Source of the DNA: Treponema sp. UBA6852
GTDB lineage: Bacteria > Spirochaetota > Spirochaetia > Treponematales > Treponemataceae
NCBI RefSeq assembly: GCF_002449305.1
Contig: NZ_DKDI01000034.1
Direction: 5' to 3' (one strand)
DNA: 64,000 nt
The notes under the pieces are model-generated. The model worked only from the letters and a program-made list of their open reading frames with translations, was not told the origin of the DNA and did no database searches. The translations under genes and the position numbers were made by a program. Shown here in pieces: positions 25,464-35,211 of this stretch; position 1 is the stretch's first letter; the number at the start of each line of letters is the position of its first letter.

Positions 25464-25537
25464 ACTGTCATTATCGGGCTTGACCCGATAATCTAAATTT
25501 TAGAACAGATTCCCGTGTCAAGCACGGGAATGACAGT
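25464..25537. repeat. 74-nt perfectly symmetric palindromic element (two inverted about 30-bp hairpin units)
   Basis: Outer stem actgtcatt/aatgacagt. Internal arms are atcggg-cttga-cccgat, aatct-N12-agatt and cccgtg-tcaag-cacggg. It lies between convergent genes. Confidence 0.85.
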
Positions 25538-25577
25538 TAAGAATCCGTTTTTATTAAAATGGCTTCTTAATTTTTCT

Positions 25578-26291
25578 CTAGTTTTTGTTTATAATTTTTG
25601 TCTGGACCTTTCCTGTTGCAATTTCAATAAAGCGCACAAAAAGTGAAACCTTGTTGTCTTCGTTCAAGTTTTCCCAGATTGAATTTGCCGTTTCTTCTAT
25701 AGAAGTTCCGTCCAATTCCAAAATCTCAGGCTCGCCTTCAAAGCTAGGAAGCGGATTTCCGTTCTGCATATAGGTGTGAATGTAGCGGCCGATTCCTGCG
25801 CGCGGATTTTCAAAGTCAAAAGTGTATCTGTTTACAGAAGATTCGTTTCCGCAGTCGCTCTTTAAAATCGACATTGAAAAATTAAAGTTTCCGTTTTCAA
25901 CTTCAAGCAAAGCTGAAATGCGCGGTGTAAAATTCGGAGAATCTGGCTCAAACCTTCTTGACTGCAAGGATTTTTCAAAGCTAAGTCCGTTTTTAAGCCC
26001 ATCATAAACTGTGTCTGTCTGGTCGCCGTTTGTTACAATTGTCTTGGAGCCAAGAACTTTTACAGGCGCGTAGATTATAAGGCTTGGGTCTGTAAGTTTT
26101 GAAGGATCAAATGCCTGAGTGCGGATTCCGTCTCCGTCCTCCACAAAAATTCTATTGCGGCTGTTTTCGCTTCTTCCCATAATCCAGTAGGCAGAAACCG
26201 CGTATTTTCCGTCAGCAGATTTTCCTACAATAATTCCGCGTCCTGGATATTCATTTTTAGAAAGAGCTTCTTTCAATGTTTTTTGAATCAT
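25578..26291 (-). CDS. IMP cyclohydrolase, PurO-like (archaeal type)
   Basis: The N-terminal YPGRGIIVGKSADGKYAVSAYWIMGRSENSRNRIF resembles the PurO family signature. The length of 237 aa is consistent. Confidence 0.55.
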   Translation of the reverse strand: MIQKTLKEALSKNEYPGRGIIVGKSADGKYAVSAYWIMGRSENSRNRIFVEDGDGIRTQAFDPSKLTDPSLIIYAPVKVLGSKTIVTNGDQTDTVYDGLKNGLSFEKSLQSRRFEPDSPNFTPRISALLEVENGNFNFSMSILKSDCGNESSVNRYTFDFENPRAGIGRYIHTYMQNGNPLPSFEGEPEILELDGTSIEETANSIWENLNEDNKVSLFVRFIEIATGKVQTKIINKN

Positions 26292-26372
26292 AATTCCTCC
26301 GAATAAAATAAGTATAGCATGAAAGTGAAAGTTTGTGTATTGAAAGGCAAAATGTGTAGAAAAGTTTCTACA

Positions 26373-26401
26373 TTGACACTTGCATTTTACAATGATAAAA
26401 T
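26373..26401 (+). promoter_or_regulatory. consensus-like sigma70 promoter (TTGACA-17 nt-TAAAAT, with TGn extended -10)
   Basis: -35 at 26373-26378 and -10 at 26396-26401, preceded by TGa. It lies 30 nt upstream of the ATG at 26432. Confidence 0.65.
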
Positions 26402-26431
26402 AGTTTTTACTTCTATTTATATATAAAAAGG

Positions 26432-27961
26432 ATGAATCTTCTTATGGATCAAGAAAACAAAATCACTGAACAGAAAACAAAAAAAGACAGTTCAAAAATC
26501 GGAGCTGTAATCATACTTGTAATTTCGGCGCTGGTATTTCTTCCCTTTGGAGCGAGCGCAGTTTTTCAGTCAATCTTTAACAAGCAGAAGGCAAGCACTT
26601 TCGGTTCTTACAACGGAAAAAACATAACTTATGAGCCAGGCTCAAACTTCTATACTGCAGTTTCAAATCTTGCGCAGTCATATCAGGCTAGCGGCTACAA
26701 AGTTGACGAAAATTCTTATTACCGCATTATGAGCGAAGCCTTTTATCAGACTGTAATCAACATGGCGTTCACTGATTCAGTAAAAAAATCAGGCTACATA
26801 GTTCCAAAAGAAGCTGTAAACAGATTTGTAATTGAAAAATTCACAGATCCTTCAACAGGAAAATTCTCACAGAAAGCTTACAATCAGACAAGCGCAGTTG
26901 ATCTTGAAAAACTAAGAAAAGACATTGAAAGCAAACTTGTTTACAAACGCTATTTCTATGATTTATTCGGGACTGGCAATGAAGTTTCTTTCAACGGAAC
27001 TTCATTGTACGGACTTAAAAGAAGCGGCGCGGAAAAGAAATTTCTTGCTTCAATGGGAGCAGAAAAACATTCATTTGACGCAGTTGCATTCAGCACTTCA
27101 AATTTTCCAAAAGAAGAAGCTGTAAAATTCGGAAAAGAAAACGCTGAGAAATTCATTAAATACGACCTTTCTGTAATCACAGTTGACGATGAGCAGGAAG
27201 CAAAGGCGCTTTTAAAGCAGATAAATGGAAACGAAATTACATTTGCAGATGCCGCAAGTGAAAAATCCCAGAAATATTATTCTGACGCAGATGGAAAAAA
27301 TGCAGGAGCTTACCGCTACCAGATTGAAAATATGCTTGACAACGTGGATTCGCTTGCAGAGCTTGAAAAACTTCAGAAAGATGAAATCAGCGCAGTTATA
27401 AAAACAAAACGCGGATATTCAATATTCAAATGTGATGGTTCTGTAGCGGCAGCGGACTTTGAAGACAGCGCAGTTCAGGATGCAGTTCTTGACTATATAA
27501 ATTCAAATGAAAAAAGCTACATTGAAAATTATTTCCTTGAGATTGCGGAAAACTTTGTTTCAGAAGCCGCTATTTCAAATTTTGACAGCGCGTGCAAAAA
27601 GTTCAATGTGGAAAAATCAGAAGTTCAGCCTTTCCCTGTAAACTACGGAAGCTCAAGCATTTATTCTTCTGTTTCTGAAACTGGACCTCTTGCAAGAATC
27701 GCTTCAAATGAAGATGCATACAAGACAGCATTTTCTTTAAAGCAGGACGAAATCAGCTCGCCGTTTATTCTTGGCTCAAATGTCGTTGTTCTTAAGTGCA
27801 CAGGAATTCAAACTGATGAAGTGGAAGATGCAAGCGAAACTGAAATCCGCAATGCAGATTTGAATACAGCAAATTCCGCTCTTTTTGCAAGTCCAAAAGT
27901 TGTAGACAATTTCTTTGCAACTTACATTACTCTTATGAGTGAAAACAAAAACAGGAAATAA
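26432..27961 (+). CDS. PpiD/SurA-like periplasmic chaperone with a parvulin-type PPIase domain
   Basis: N-terminal TM anchor (GAVIILVISALVFLPF), a long helical chaperone region, and a parvulin-like segment ending ISAVIKTKRGYSIFKC. Confidence 0.5.
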   Translation: MNLLMDQENKITEQKTKKDSSKIGAVIILVISALVFLPFGASAVFQSIFNKQKASTFGSYNGKNITYEPGSNFYTAVSNLAQSYQASGYKVDENSYYRIMSEAFYQTVINMAFTDSVKKSGYIVPKEAVNRFVIEKFTDPSTGKFSQKAYNQTSAVDLEKLRKDIESKLVYKRYFYDLFGTGNEVSFNGTSLYGLKRSGAEKKFLASMGAEKHSFDAVAFSTSNFPKEEAVKFGKENAEKFIKYDLSVITVDDEQEAKALLKQINGNEITFADAASEKSQKYYSDADGKNAGAYRYQIENMLDNVDSLAELEKLQKDEISAVIKTKRGYSIFKCDGSVAAADFEDSAVQDAVLDYINSNEKSYIENYFLEIAENFVSEAAISNFDSACKKFNVEKSEVQPFPVNYGSSSIYSSVSETGPLARIASNEDAYKTAFSLKQDEISSPFILGSNVVVLKCTGIQTDEVEDASETEIRNADLNTANSALFASPKVVDNFFATYITLMSENKNRK

Positions 27962-29591
27962 ATTGAACGAATCAGTTCAGGAGAAGCCCCGTCTGGTAAG
28001 TGCCGGCCAGGGCTTTTCTGTTTTAAAGACAGTAGAATACAAAGGCCGCTTTTTATATTCAAAGTACAATCCTGCAAAGGCAATTGAAACTTACATAGAC
28101 AAAATACAGGTTTTGAGTGGAACTCTTGTAATACTTTGCTCTCCTCTTCTTTGGTACGGAATTGAAAAAATAAAATCACTGCTGCCAGAAAATTGTGAAA
28201 TAATCGCGCTTGAAAATGATGAGAATCTTTTTGGGCTTGCAATGCAAAACAACAGCGCAGGCATTCCGTTGTTTAAGTTAAGCGAAGGCGAAAAAATAGA
28301 TTCATTTGTAAGAAGTATTTGCAAAGGCGGAAGCATAAAGCGCGCATTGAAAATTGACTTTAGCGCAGGAGTAAATTTTTCAAAAGAAAAATTTGATTTT
28401 ACCGTCAATGCAATAAGTGAAATAATCGCCACATTTTGGAAAAACAGAATCACACTTGTAAAATTCGGCAGGCTTTTTTCCAAAAACTTTTTAAGAAACA
28501 TTGCGCGTCTTGAACATTCAAAAACGTTGGAAGATGAGGCAAATACAGTTTCAAAGCCGTTGCTTGTTTTAGGTGCAGGTGAAGGACTAGACAGTTTGCC
28601 GTATTCAACTTTCAGTCCAAATGATTTTTTTATAATTGCAGTTGATGCTGCTCTAGCTCCTCTAGTATCAAGAAACATAATGCCGGATGCAGTTGTTACA
28701 ATGGAAAGCCAGATTGCAATTGAAAAAGCGTTTTTAGGTGCAAAAAATAAAAACATTCTTTTGTTCGCAGATCTTTGCGCAAGACCTGAAGCCACAAAAA
28801 TTCTTAGCGGAAATATAATCTGGTTTGCAACAAAATATGCAGATGGAAATTTTTTTGATAATCTAAAGAATGAAAAAATCATCAAAAATTTTATTGAGCC
28901 AATGGGTTCTGTTGGACTTGCGGCAACATACATTGCGCTAAAACTTAGAAGAACTTCTTCTGTTCCAGTTTTTGTTGCAGGACTAGACTTTAGCTATAGT
29001 ATAGGAATAACTCATGCAAAAGGCACTATGGCTTTAAAGCAGCGTTTTATAAATTCAGGCAGGCTTATGCCAATAGAAAACTACGATGCGGCTTTTTCAA
29101 TGGCGGCGCAAACTGTCATTTCAAAAAGCGGGAAAAAGATATGCAGCACAAAAATCCTTTTGCAGTATGCCCAGCAGTTCTGCATGATGTTTAAAAATGA
29201 AAGAAATATTTTTGACTGCTCAAGCACAGGAATAAATCTTGGGATACCTCAAAGCAGCCTTTTTACAACAAAAGAAAATATGCAAAAAGAAAAATGCAAA
29301 TCAAATAAAAATGTTTCTAACTTCTGTGAAGAGGAAAAGAAAAAACTTGAAGAGCTTAGAAGCCTGCTTTCAGATGGAGAAAAGTCGCCTTTTAGAAAAA
29401 ATTTACATAAAGAAATTTCTCTTAGCGAGCAGATAAAAAAAATTGCGGAAGAACGGGAATACCTTTTTCTGCATTTTCCTGATGGATACGTATTCAAAAT
29501 GGAGCAGTCGTTTTTAAAAAGAATCAGAGCGGAAACAGATTTTTTTATAAAGCAGCTTGAAATCGCCATAAGAGAAAACAAGCCGCTTTAG
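27939..29591 (+). CDS. DUF115 / MptE-like (motility accessory factor-like) protein
   Basis: LVLGAGEGLD and AVDAALAPLVSRNIMPDAVVTMESQ resemble the Maf/DUF115 core. 23-nt overlap with the upstream gene, so the start is uncertain. Confidence 0.45.
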   Translation: MKTKTGNKLNESVQEKPRLVSAGQGFSVLKTVEYKGRFLYSKYNPAKAIETYIDKIQVLSGTLVILCSPLLWYGIEKIKSLLPENCEIIALENDENLFGLAMQNNSAGIPLFKLSEGEKIDSFVRSICKGGSIKRALKIDFSAGVNFSKEKFDFTVNAISEIIATFWKNRITLVKFGRLFSKNFLRNIARLEHSKTLEDEANTVSKPLLVLGAGEGLDSLPYSTFSPNDFFIIAVDAALAPLVSRNIMPDAVVTMESQIAIEKAFLGAKNKNILLFADLCARPEATKILSGNIIWFATKYADGNFFDNLKNEKIIKNFIEPMGSVGLAATYIALKLRRTSSVPVFVAGLDFSYSIGITHAKGTMALKQRFINSGRLMPIENYDAAFSMAAQTVISKSGKKICSTKILLQYAQQFCMMFKNERNIFDCSSTGINLGIPQSSLFTTKENMQKEKCKSNKNVSNFCEEEKKKLEELRSLLSDGEKSPFRKNLHKEISLSEQIKKIAEEREYLFLHFPDGYVFKMEQSFLKRIRAETDFFIKQLEIAIRENKPL

Positions 29592-29594
29592 TTT

Positions 29595-31400
29595 TTAAGA
29601 ATCTTCTTTTTCCTTTAAGACAGCAAGAAACGCGCTCTGCGGAAGTTCCACGTTTCCGGCCATAAGCATTCTCTTTTTTCCGGCTTTTTGCTTTTCAAGA
29701 AGCTTGCGTTTTCTTGTTACATCTCCTCCATAGCATTTTGCAAGAACGTCTTTTCTAACAGGATTCACAGTTTCTCTTGCAATTATCTGGCTTCCGATTG
29801 CACCTTGGATTGCAACTTTAAACTGCTGGCGGGAGATTTCTCCTTTTAGGCGTTCACAGACAACTTTTGCGCGCTCAACGGCACTCGGTCTGTAGCAAAG
29901 CTGAGCCAATGCGTCAACAGGCTTTGAATTTATAAGAATATCTATTTTTATTAAGTCAGTCGGTCGGTAATCAATAACCTCATAGTCAAAACTTGCATAT
30001 CCGCGGCTGTAAGATTTCAGTTTGTCATAAAAATCAAAAAGAACTTCGGAAAGCGGCATTTCATAAGTAAGCTCAACACGCTTTTCGTCAAGGTACTGCA
30101 TATTTTTTTGTGTTCCACGCTTTAGACGGCAAAGTTCCATGATTGAGCCAAGATATTCAGCAGGAGTTATTATTGAAGCTTTTATATACGGCTCTTGCGA
30201 CGACTCGATTTTTCCTTCAGGATAGTCAGCAGGATTGTCTACAAAAATTTCTTCATGCCCGGGAATCTTTACCTTGTACTTTACACTTGGAGCTGTAAAA
30301 ATTACAATCTGGTCAAAGTCCCGTTCAAGGCGCTCCTGAATTATTTCCAAGTGAAGCAATCCCAAAAATCCGCACCTAAAGCCGTTTCCAAGTGCAAGGG
30401 AATTGTCTTTTTCATAAATAAGAGAGGCATCGTTAAGTTTAAGTTTTTCCATTGCCTCTTTGAGTTCTTCATAGTCATTTGAATCAATCGGGTAAATTGA
30501 AGAGAAAACAACAGGCTTTACTTCTTTGAATCCTGGCAAAGGAGCTGCTGCTGGCTTTGAAGCAAGAGTTACAGTGTCTCCAACGCTTACATCGCTTACA
30601 GTTTTTATTCCGGCAATAATATAGCCAACGTCTCCAGCTTCAAGAACTCCAGTTTCTTCATATTTAATTTTAAAAACACCAACCTGCTCTACTTTATAGT
30701 CAGTGTTGTTGCTCATAAAGCGGATTATGTCGCCAGTTTTTACGCGGCCTTCCATTACTCTCAAATGAACGATAACACCGCGGTATTCATCATAATGGCA
30801 GTCAAAAATCAAAGCCTGAAGTGGCGCATTAACATCACCTTTTGGCGGCGGAAACTTTGTAACAATGGCCTCAAGCAAATCGTCAATTCCTTCTCCTGTT
30901 TTTGCGCTGACAAGCTGAGCTTCAGAAGATTCAAGTCCTAAATCATGGTCGATTTGTTTTTTTACAGATTCAACATCTGCGCTTGCAAGATCAATTTTAT
31001 TTATGACAGGAACAATCGTCAGGTCATGTTCCATCGCCATATAAAGATTGCTCACTGTCTGGCTTTCAACGCCTTGAGTAGCATCAATAAGAAGCAACGC
31101 TCCTTCGCAAGAAGCAATCGCGCGGCTTACTTCATAGCTAAAGTCAACGTGTCCTGGAGTGTCAACAAAATTCAACTCGTAGTCATGCCCGTCTTTTGCC
31201 TTATACGGAATTGTAACGGCCTGGCTTTTTATTGTAATTCCACGCTCACGTTCAATATCCATGTTGTCGAGGATTTGATTTTTCATCTGGCGGTCGTCAA
31301 CTATTTTTGCTTTTTGAATAAGCCTGTCCGCCAAAGTCGATTTTCCATGATCAATGTGAGCTGTAATACAAAAGTTGCGTTTATACTTTAATTCTGTCAT
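29595..31400 (-). CDS. lepA: translation elongation factor 4
   Basis: RNFCITAHIDHGKSTLADRL, DTPGHVDF, NKIDL, and the characteristic LepA C-terminal domain. Confidence 0.95.
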   Translation of the reverse strand: MTELKYKRNFCITAHIDHGKSTLADRLIQKAKIVDDRQMKNQILDNMDIERERGITIKSQAVTIPYKAKDGHDYELNFVDTPGHVDFSYEVSRAIASCEGALLLIDATQGVESQTVSNLYMAMEHDLTIVPVINKIDLASADVESVKKQIDHDLGLESSEAQLVSAKTGEGIDDLLEAIVTKFPPPKGDVNAPLQALIFDCHYDEYRGVIVHLRVMEGRVKTGDIIRFMSNNTDYKVEQVGVFKIKYEETGVLEAGDVGYIIAGIKTVSDVSVGDTVTLASKPAAAPLPGFKEVKPVVFSSIYPIDSNDYEELKEAMEKLKLNDASLIYEKDNSLALGNGFRCGFLGLLHLEIIQERLERDFDQIVIFTAPSVKYKVKIPGHEEIFVDNPADYPEGKIESSQEPYIKASIITPAEYLGSIMELCRLKRGTQKNMQYLDEKRVELTYEMPLSEVLFDFYDKLKSYSRGYASFDYEVIDYRPTDLIKIDILINSKPVDALAQLCYRPSAVERAKVVCERLKGEISRQQFKVAIQGAIGSQIIARETVNPVRKDVLAKCYGGDVTRKRKLLEKQKAGKKRMLMAGNVELPQSAFLAVLKEKEDS

Positions 31401-31433
31401 CTTTATTCCTTATTTAATTTTTTCGGTTTAGTT

Positions 31434-33098
31434 TTAAAAATAATATGGGCTGTCCAACCCTGCTGAAAATCCGAGGCTCACATCAAGATAGCCATTCTTT
31501 CTTTTCTTTGCGTAAAGCTTTATGTATGCGGCTTCTTTTTCCGGACTGAAATCAATTCCAAGAAGTTCAATAGGATCATTTTCGCTGAATCCAGTTTCAT
31601 CTGCAACAGAGCCTTTTATAATTTTTACTATAGAATACTTTTTTTTGTTTGAAGGCGAAACTCTTACCATCTTCATTCCAAACATTGGATAAAAAGAATT
31701 CTCAAGCGAATCACGTTTAAAAAATTCATAACCCGGAGATAACGGACGTTTTTCAAGGTAAACAATTTTCTCAGATTCAGTTCCATCCGAAGATAAAATT
31801 CCAAGCTTTGTTATGATTCCAGAAGGCTGCTTCATAAAAGCAATTTGCAAATCCGCAAGTGAATTGATTTTTTCACCGTTAACGGAAATCACAATGTCAT
31901 CTTCTTTTATTCCCGCACGGTCTGCGCTTCCACCGGGTAAAACATAAAAAACAGTAACGCCTTCATTTTTTGCGCCTGAACCAGGAAGACGTTTCGTCTT
32001 TCCGTAAGAAGCAACCCACGGATGCTCGCGCTCGCCTCCATTAAACAAAAACGGAAGCTCATTTTTTAAATACTCAACTGGAATTGCAAAGTTAAGTCCC
32101 TGAAAATTCTGAACTCCGGCAAAAACAACAGCCTGAACTCTGCCTTTTTCATCAATTAAAGGCCCGCCGGAATTTCCGCTGTTAATAGCCGCATCAACTT
32201 GAAAAACTGTTCCAGCCGTAAAAAGCTGTCTGTCTGTTGAAGAAATTATTCCGCTTGTCAAAGTTTTTTCCAAACCCAACGGAGAGCCAATCGCATAAAC
32301 TTTATCGCCTACAGAAAGGTCGCTGCTAGAGCCAAGAGCAAAAACATAAGGAGCTTCAATTTCAGTTTTTAAAAGCGCCAAATCCAAAGTCTTGTCATAT
32401 CCAACAACTTTGGCAGGAACTCTTGTGTCCGGGTCTTCCGCAAGTTTTATATAAAGCCTGGCAAATCCTTCATATTTTTTGTCAACCATGTCAGCAATAA
32501 CATGATGATTTGTTACAATGTATCCGTCTTTTGAAATAAAAAAACCGCTTCCCAAAACAGCATCAGCATAGCCTATTCCACGTTGAATTTTTATTCCCTT
32601 GTCAACAAAGACAGTTACAGTGCCTTTTATCATGTCGGAAACACTTGCATTTGAAACTGAAGGAACAGAACCGCCCGGAACATTTTTGTAAGCTAAATTT
32701 TCAAGCTCGTCTTTTGACTTTGGAATTGAATTAAGCTCAGAATATCCTACCGCTTGCAAAGACAAATAATATCCAAGCGCATCAAAATATTTTTCTTCAT
32801 CTATAGAGCGAATGCAAGATTCCACGCAAATTTTAGTTGTCTGCTCAAAAATCTGCTTGCATTTTTCATTTGAAGAAATTTTATCATACAAAATTTTTGC
32901 GCGCCACAAAGACTTTATTTCATTTTCTTTTGATAGCTTTTCAATAAGTTCAATTTCAATGTCAACTGCGCGTTCTTCACTGTAATCAACAGGTACAAAA
33001 ATTTCACTGCCGCCTTTTATTGTTCCACAGGAAAAAACAAACAGCGCACAACCAATAGCAAAAAATAAACTGAAAAGTTTTTTAATTTTTATTTTCAT
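31434..33098 (-). CDS. HtrA/DegP-family serine protease with PDZ domains
   Basis: Catalytic triad context VTNHHV, DLALLK and GNSGGPLID. PDZ-like C-terminal regions and an N-terminal lipoprotein-type signal (FVFSC). Confidence 0.8.
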   Translation of the reverse strand: MKIKIKKLFSLFFAIGCALFVFSCGTIKGGSEIFVPVDYSEERAVDIEIELIEKLSKENEIKSLWRAKILYDKISSNEKCKQIFEQTTKICVESCIRSIDEEKYFDALGYYLSLQAVGYSELNSIPKSKDELENLAYKNVPGGSVPSVSNASVSDMIKGTVTVFVDKGIKIQRGIGYADAVLGSGFFISKDGYIVTNHHVIADMVDKKYEGFARLYIKLAEDPDTRVPAKVVGYDKTLDLALLKTEIEAPYVFALGSSSDLSVGDKVYAIGSPLGLEKTLTSGIISSTDRQLFTAGTVFQVDAAINSGNSGGPLIDEKGRVQAVVFAGVQNFQGLNFAIPVEYLKNELPFLFNGGEREHPWVASYGKTKRLPGSGAKNEGVTVFYVLPGGSADRAGIKEDDIVISVNGEKINSLADLQIAFMKQPSGIITKLGILSSDGTESEKIVYLEKRPLSPGYEFFKRDSLENSFYPMFGMKMVRVSPSNKKKYSIVKIIKGSVADETGFSENDPIELLGIDFSPEKEAAYIKLYAKKRKNGYLDVSLGFSAGLDSPYYF

Positions 33099-35211
33099 TT
33101 TCTATTAAAATTCCAAAGTCAAATTTTTCAATGCGGATACAAAGCACTGACTGAGTTTCGTTTTCAACAGTAATCATAGAAAAGCCTTGAACATTTTTTT
33201 TATCAAGCTCTGATTTTGCATTTTTTGCCAGCGCGGAATATTTTTCAGGACTGAAAGAATTATTTTTCACGAGCCAGTAAAAATTTGAATCAGCATCTTT
33301 GCAAACAAAAAATTCTTCTTTTCCATTCGTTACTTTTTGCGGAATATTATTTTCAAATCTTACAACAACAAGATTTTTTTCTGGAACCGTGTAGAACATT
33401 GACTCTTCATAAATTCCGTCTGGATAAACAATATGGCGGACGTTCCATTTTCCATCACCGTCTGTATCCCAAGAAGAAATTTTTCCGCTGTTTTCTAAAT
33501 ATTCTTCAGTAAAATCAGGAACTGTATCTTTGTCCCTGTCAATCTGAATCATCCTAAGATAAAATTCCGCATTTTCAGATGGAAGCCCAAAAAGATTTTT
33601 TACAACTTGCCGCTCATCTTCAAGCGAATGGAAATTCATTTTTTTATCTGAATCAACTGAATAAAATTCTGTGGCCTCAAAAATTCCGTCTTTATCAAAA
33701 TCAACAGTTCTGAAAACCGGAATGTTATTTTCAAAATGCGCCTGAGCATAAAACGTTCCGTCAGATGAATAATACAACGCCTGCTGAATATTTCCATCTA
33801 AAAGAACAAACCGAATTTTTTCATTTGCAGAAGTTGTAATTTCAAAATCAGATGCGGAATCAAGAAGCTCTGCGACATTTAATTTTTGCCCATCATTTTT
33901 TACAGTTGGAATAAAAAAGTCAAAGGCAAACTTTTCTGAAATTTCAGAATCACGCTCAATCAAAACTGGAGACCAATTCAATGTATCTGGAACAAAATTA
34001 AATTTTTCAACTGGAATTTTTTCTTGCACAAACTCTGCATAATTTAAATACGGAAATTTTGCCCAAGAAAAATTCATTTTCATTTCTCTGCAATATCCCA
34101 AAACCGGCATTCCAAAGTCGCACTGAACAGTCCATTCAAGCTCGCCATTCTGATTTTCATCAAATGAAATTTCTTGAGGACGTCCGCGTGAAAATTTTAC
34201 AATTAAATTTTCAATTCCATCATTGTCAGTGTCAAAAGAAAACGCACCAGAAAAAGCTTCAAGGCATTTTTTTATATTATCGCAAGAATCATTTTCAGAA
34301 AGCTGCAAAATAAAATTCTTAAAAATCTCATAGTTAATTTTTTCGTCTGCGAATTCAAAAATGTAATCAACGGCTTCTTGCTCGCTGATAAGATTTTCAC
34401 TCAAAGCTTCCTGAGCATAAAGCGGATGTTTAAAACCTTTTGCACTGAAAGATTTTAAAATTCTATTTTTATTTTCGCCAGAAGAAAACAAAGCGGAAAA
34501 AATTTCAAGTTCTGAATTTTCAGGCTCAAGTTGCAAATAAAAATCCAGTTGGGAAACAAAAAATGAAGCAAGCCTTTTTACAGTTGAATCTGAATCGTTC
34601 GGATTTTCATTTTTAAAAAATACAAGCGGAAACCTTGTATCAGAAGGATAAATTCTTCTTGCGCCGTCAATTTTATTTCGAGCCTTAGAAACAGAAGAAG
34701 AATCTTTCAATCTGTAAAGGCATTTTATTCTAATCAATTCAGAATCAGAAGAATACAAAAACGGCTGACTGTCCAAAACTTTTAACGCATCGGACATTTT
34801 GCCAGTATCGCAAAGAATATCTGCGTACAAAAGACGCGCATTGTCGCGGTTGTAATTTGACCAGCTGTCATTTTTTATCGCTTTTTCAATCAAAGGAAGA
34901 ACAGCTGCCTTTGTTTTTCCCAACGCATTTTCAGAGACAGCATACAAATACCACAAGTCCGAAATTGAATCATCGTATGCAATTCCAAAGCAAGCCTGGC
35001 TTTTTGCAGCTTCCCAGTTTTTTTCAAAGATATAATTTGAAGCAGTTTCCAGACAACGCAAAGCAGTCTTTTTATTCGCAAGCTTAGAATTTTCATTTTC
35101 AGCAAAAGATAAATCCAAAAAATTCAAAAAGACAAAAATAAATAAAATTCTTTTTAAAAGATGCAGCGATTTCAATTTTTTATCCTGTTGCATTTTCATT
35201 TTACAATCCAA
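33082..35211 (-). CDS. large secreted hypothetical protein with N-terminal TPR-like helices and DxDxDG calcium-binding-type motifs
   Basis: Signal peptide. Motifs DTDNDGIEN, DFDKDGIFE and DTDGDGKWN. Overlaps tilS (16 nt) and the htrA-like gene (17 nt). Confidence 0.4.
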   Translation of the reverse strand: MDCKMKMQQDKKLKSLHLLKRILFIFVFLNFLDLSFAENENSKLANKKTALRCLETASNYIFEKNWEAAKSQACFGIAYDDSISDLWYLYAVSENALGKTKAAVLPLIEKAIKNDSWSNYNRDNARLLYADILCDTGKMSDALKVLDSQPFLYSSDSELIRIKCLYRLKDSSSVSKARNKIDGARRIYPSDTRFPLVFFKNENPNDSDSTVKRLASFFVSQLDFYLQLEPENSELEIFSALFSSGENKNRILKSFSAKGFKHPLYAQEALSENLISEQEAVDYIFEFADEKINYEIFKNFILQLSENDSCDNIKKCLEAFSGAFSFDTDNDGIENLIVKFSRGRPQEISFDENQNGELEWTVQCDFGMPVLGYCREMKMNFSWAKFPYLNYAEFVQEKIPVEKFNFVPDTLNWSPVLIERDSEISEKFAFDFFIPTVKNDGQKLNVAELLDSASDFEITTSANEKIRFVLLDGNIQQALYYSSDGTFYAQAHFENNIPVFRTVDFDKDGIFEATEFYSVDSDKKMNFHSLEDERQVVKNLFGLPSENAEFYLRMIQIDRDKDTVPDFTEEYLENSGKISSWDTDGDGKWNVRHIVYPDGIYEESMFYTVPEKNLVVVRFENNIPQKVTNGKEEFFVCKDADSNFYWLVKNNSFSPEKYSALAKNAKSELDKKNVQGFSMITVENETQSVLCIRIEKFDFGILIENENKN

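Noticed and set aside
25464-25537. 74-nt cloverleaf-shaped element considered as a tRNA or tRNA-like gene
   Set aside because: It has 5-nt hairpin loops, no D-loop GG and no T-loop GTTCRA consensus, no unpaired junction bases, and is fully two-fold symmetric. It is an inverted duplication, not a tRNA.
28091-28933. 280-aa ORF antisense to the DUF115/Maf-like gene
   Set aside because: It lies entirely within, and antisense to, a longer ORF that has recognisable family motifs. The sequence is low-complexity and Ser/Phe/Ile-rich with no motif. This is typical shadow-frame behaviour.
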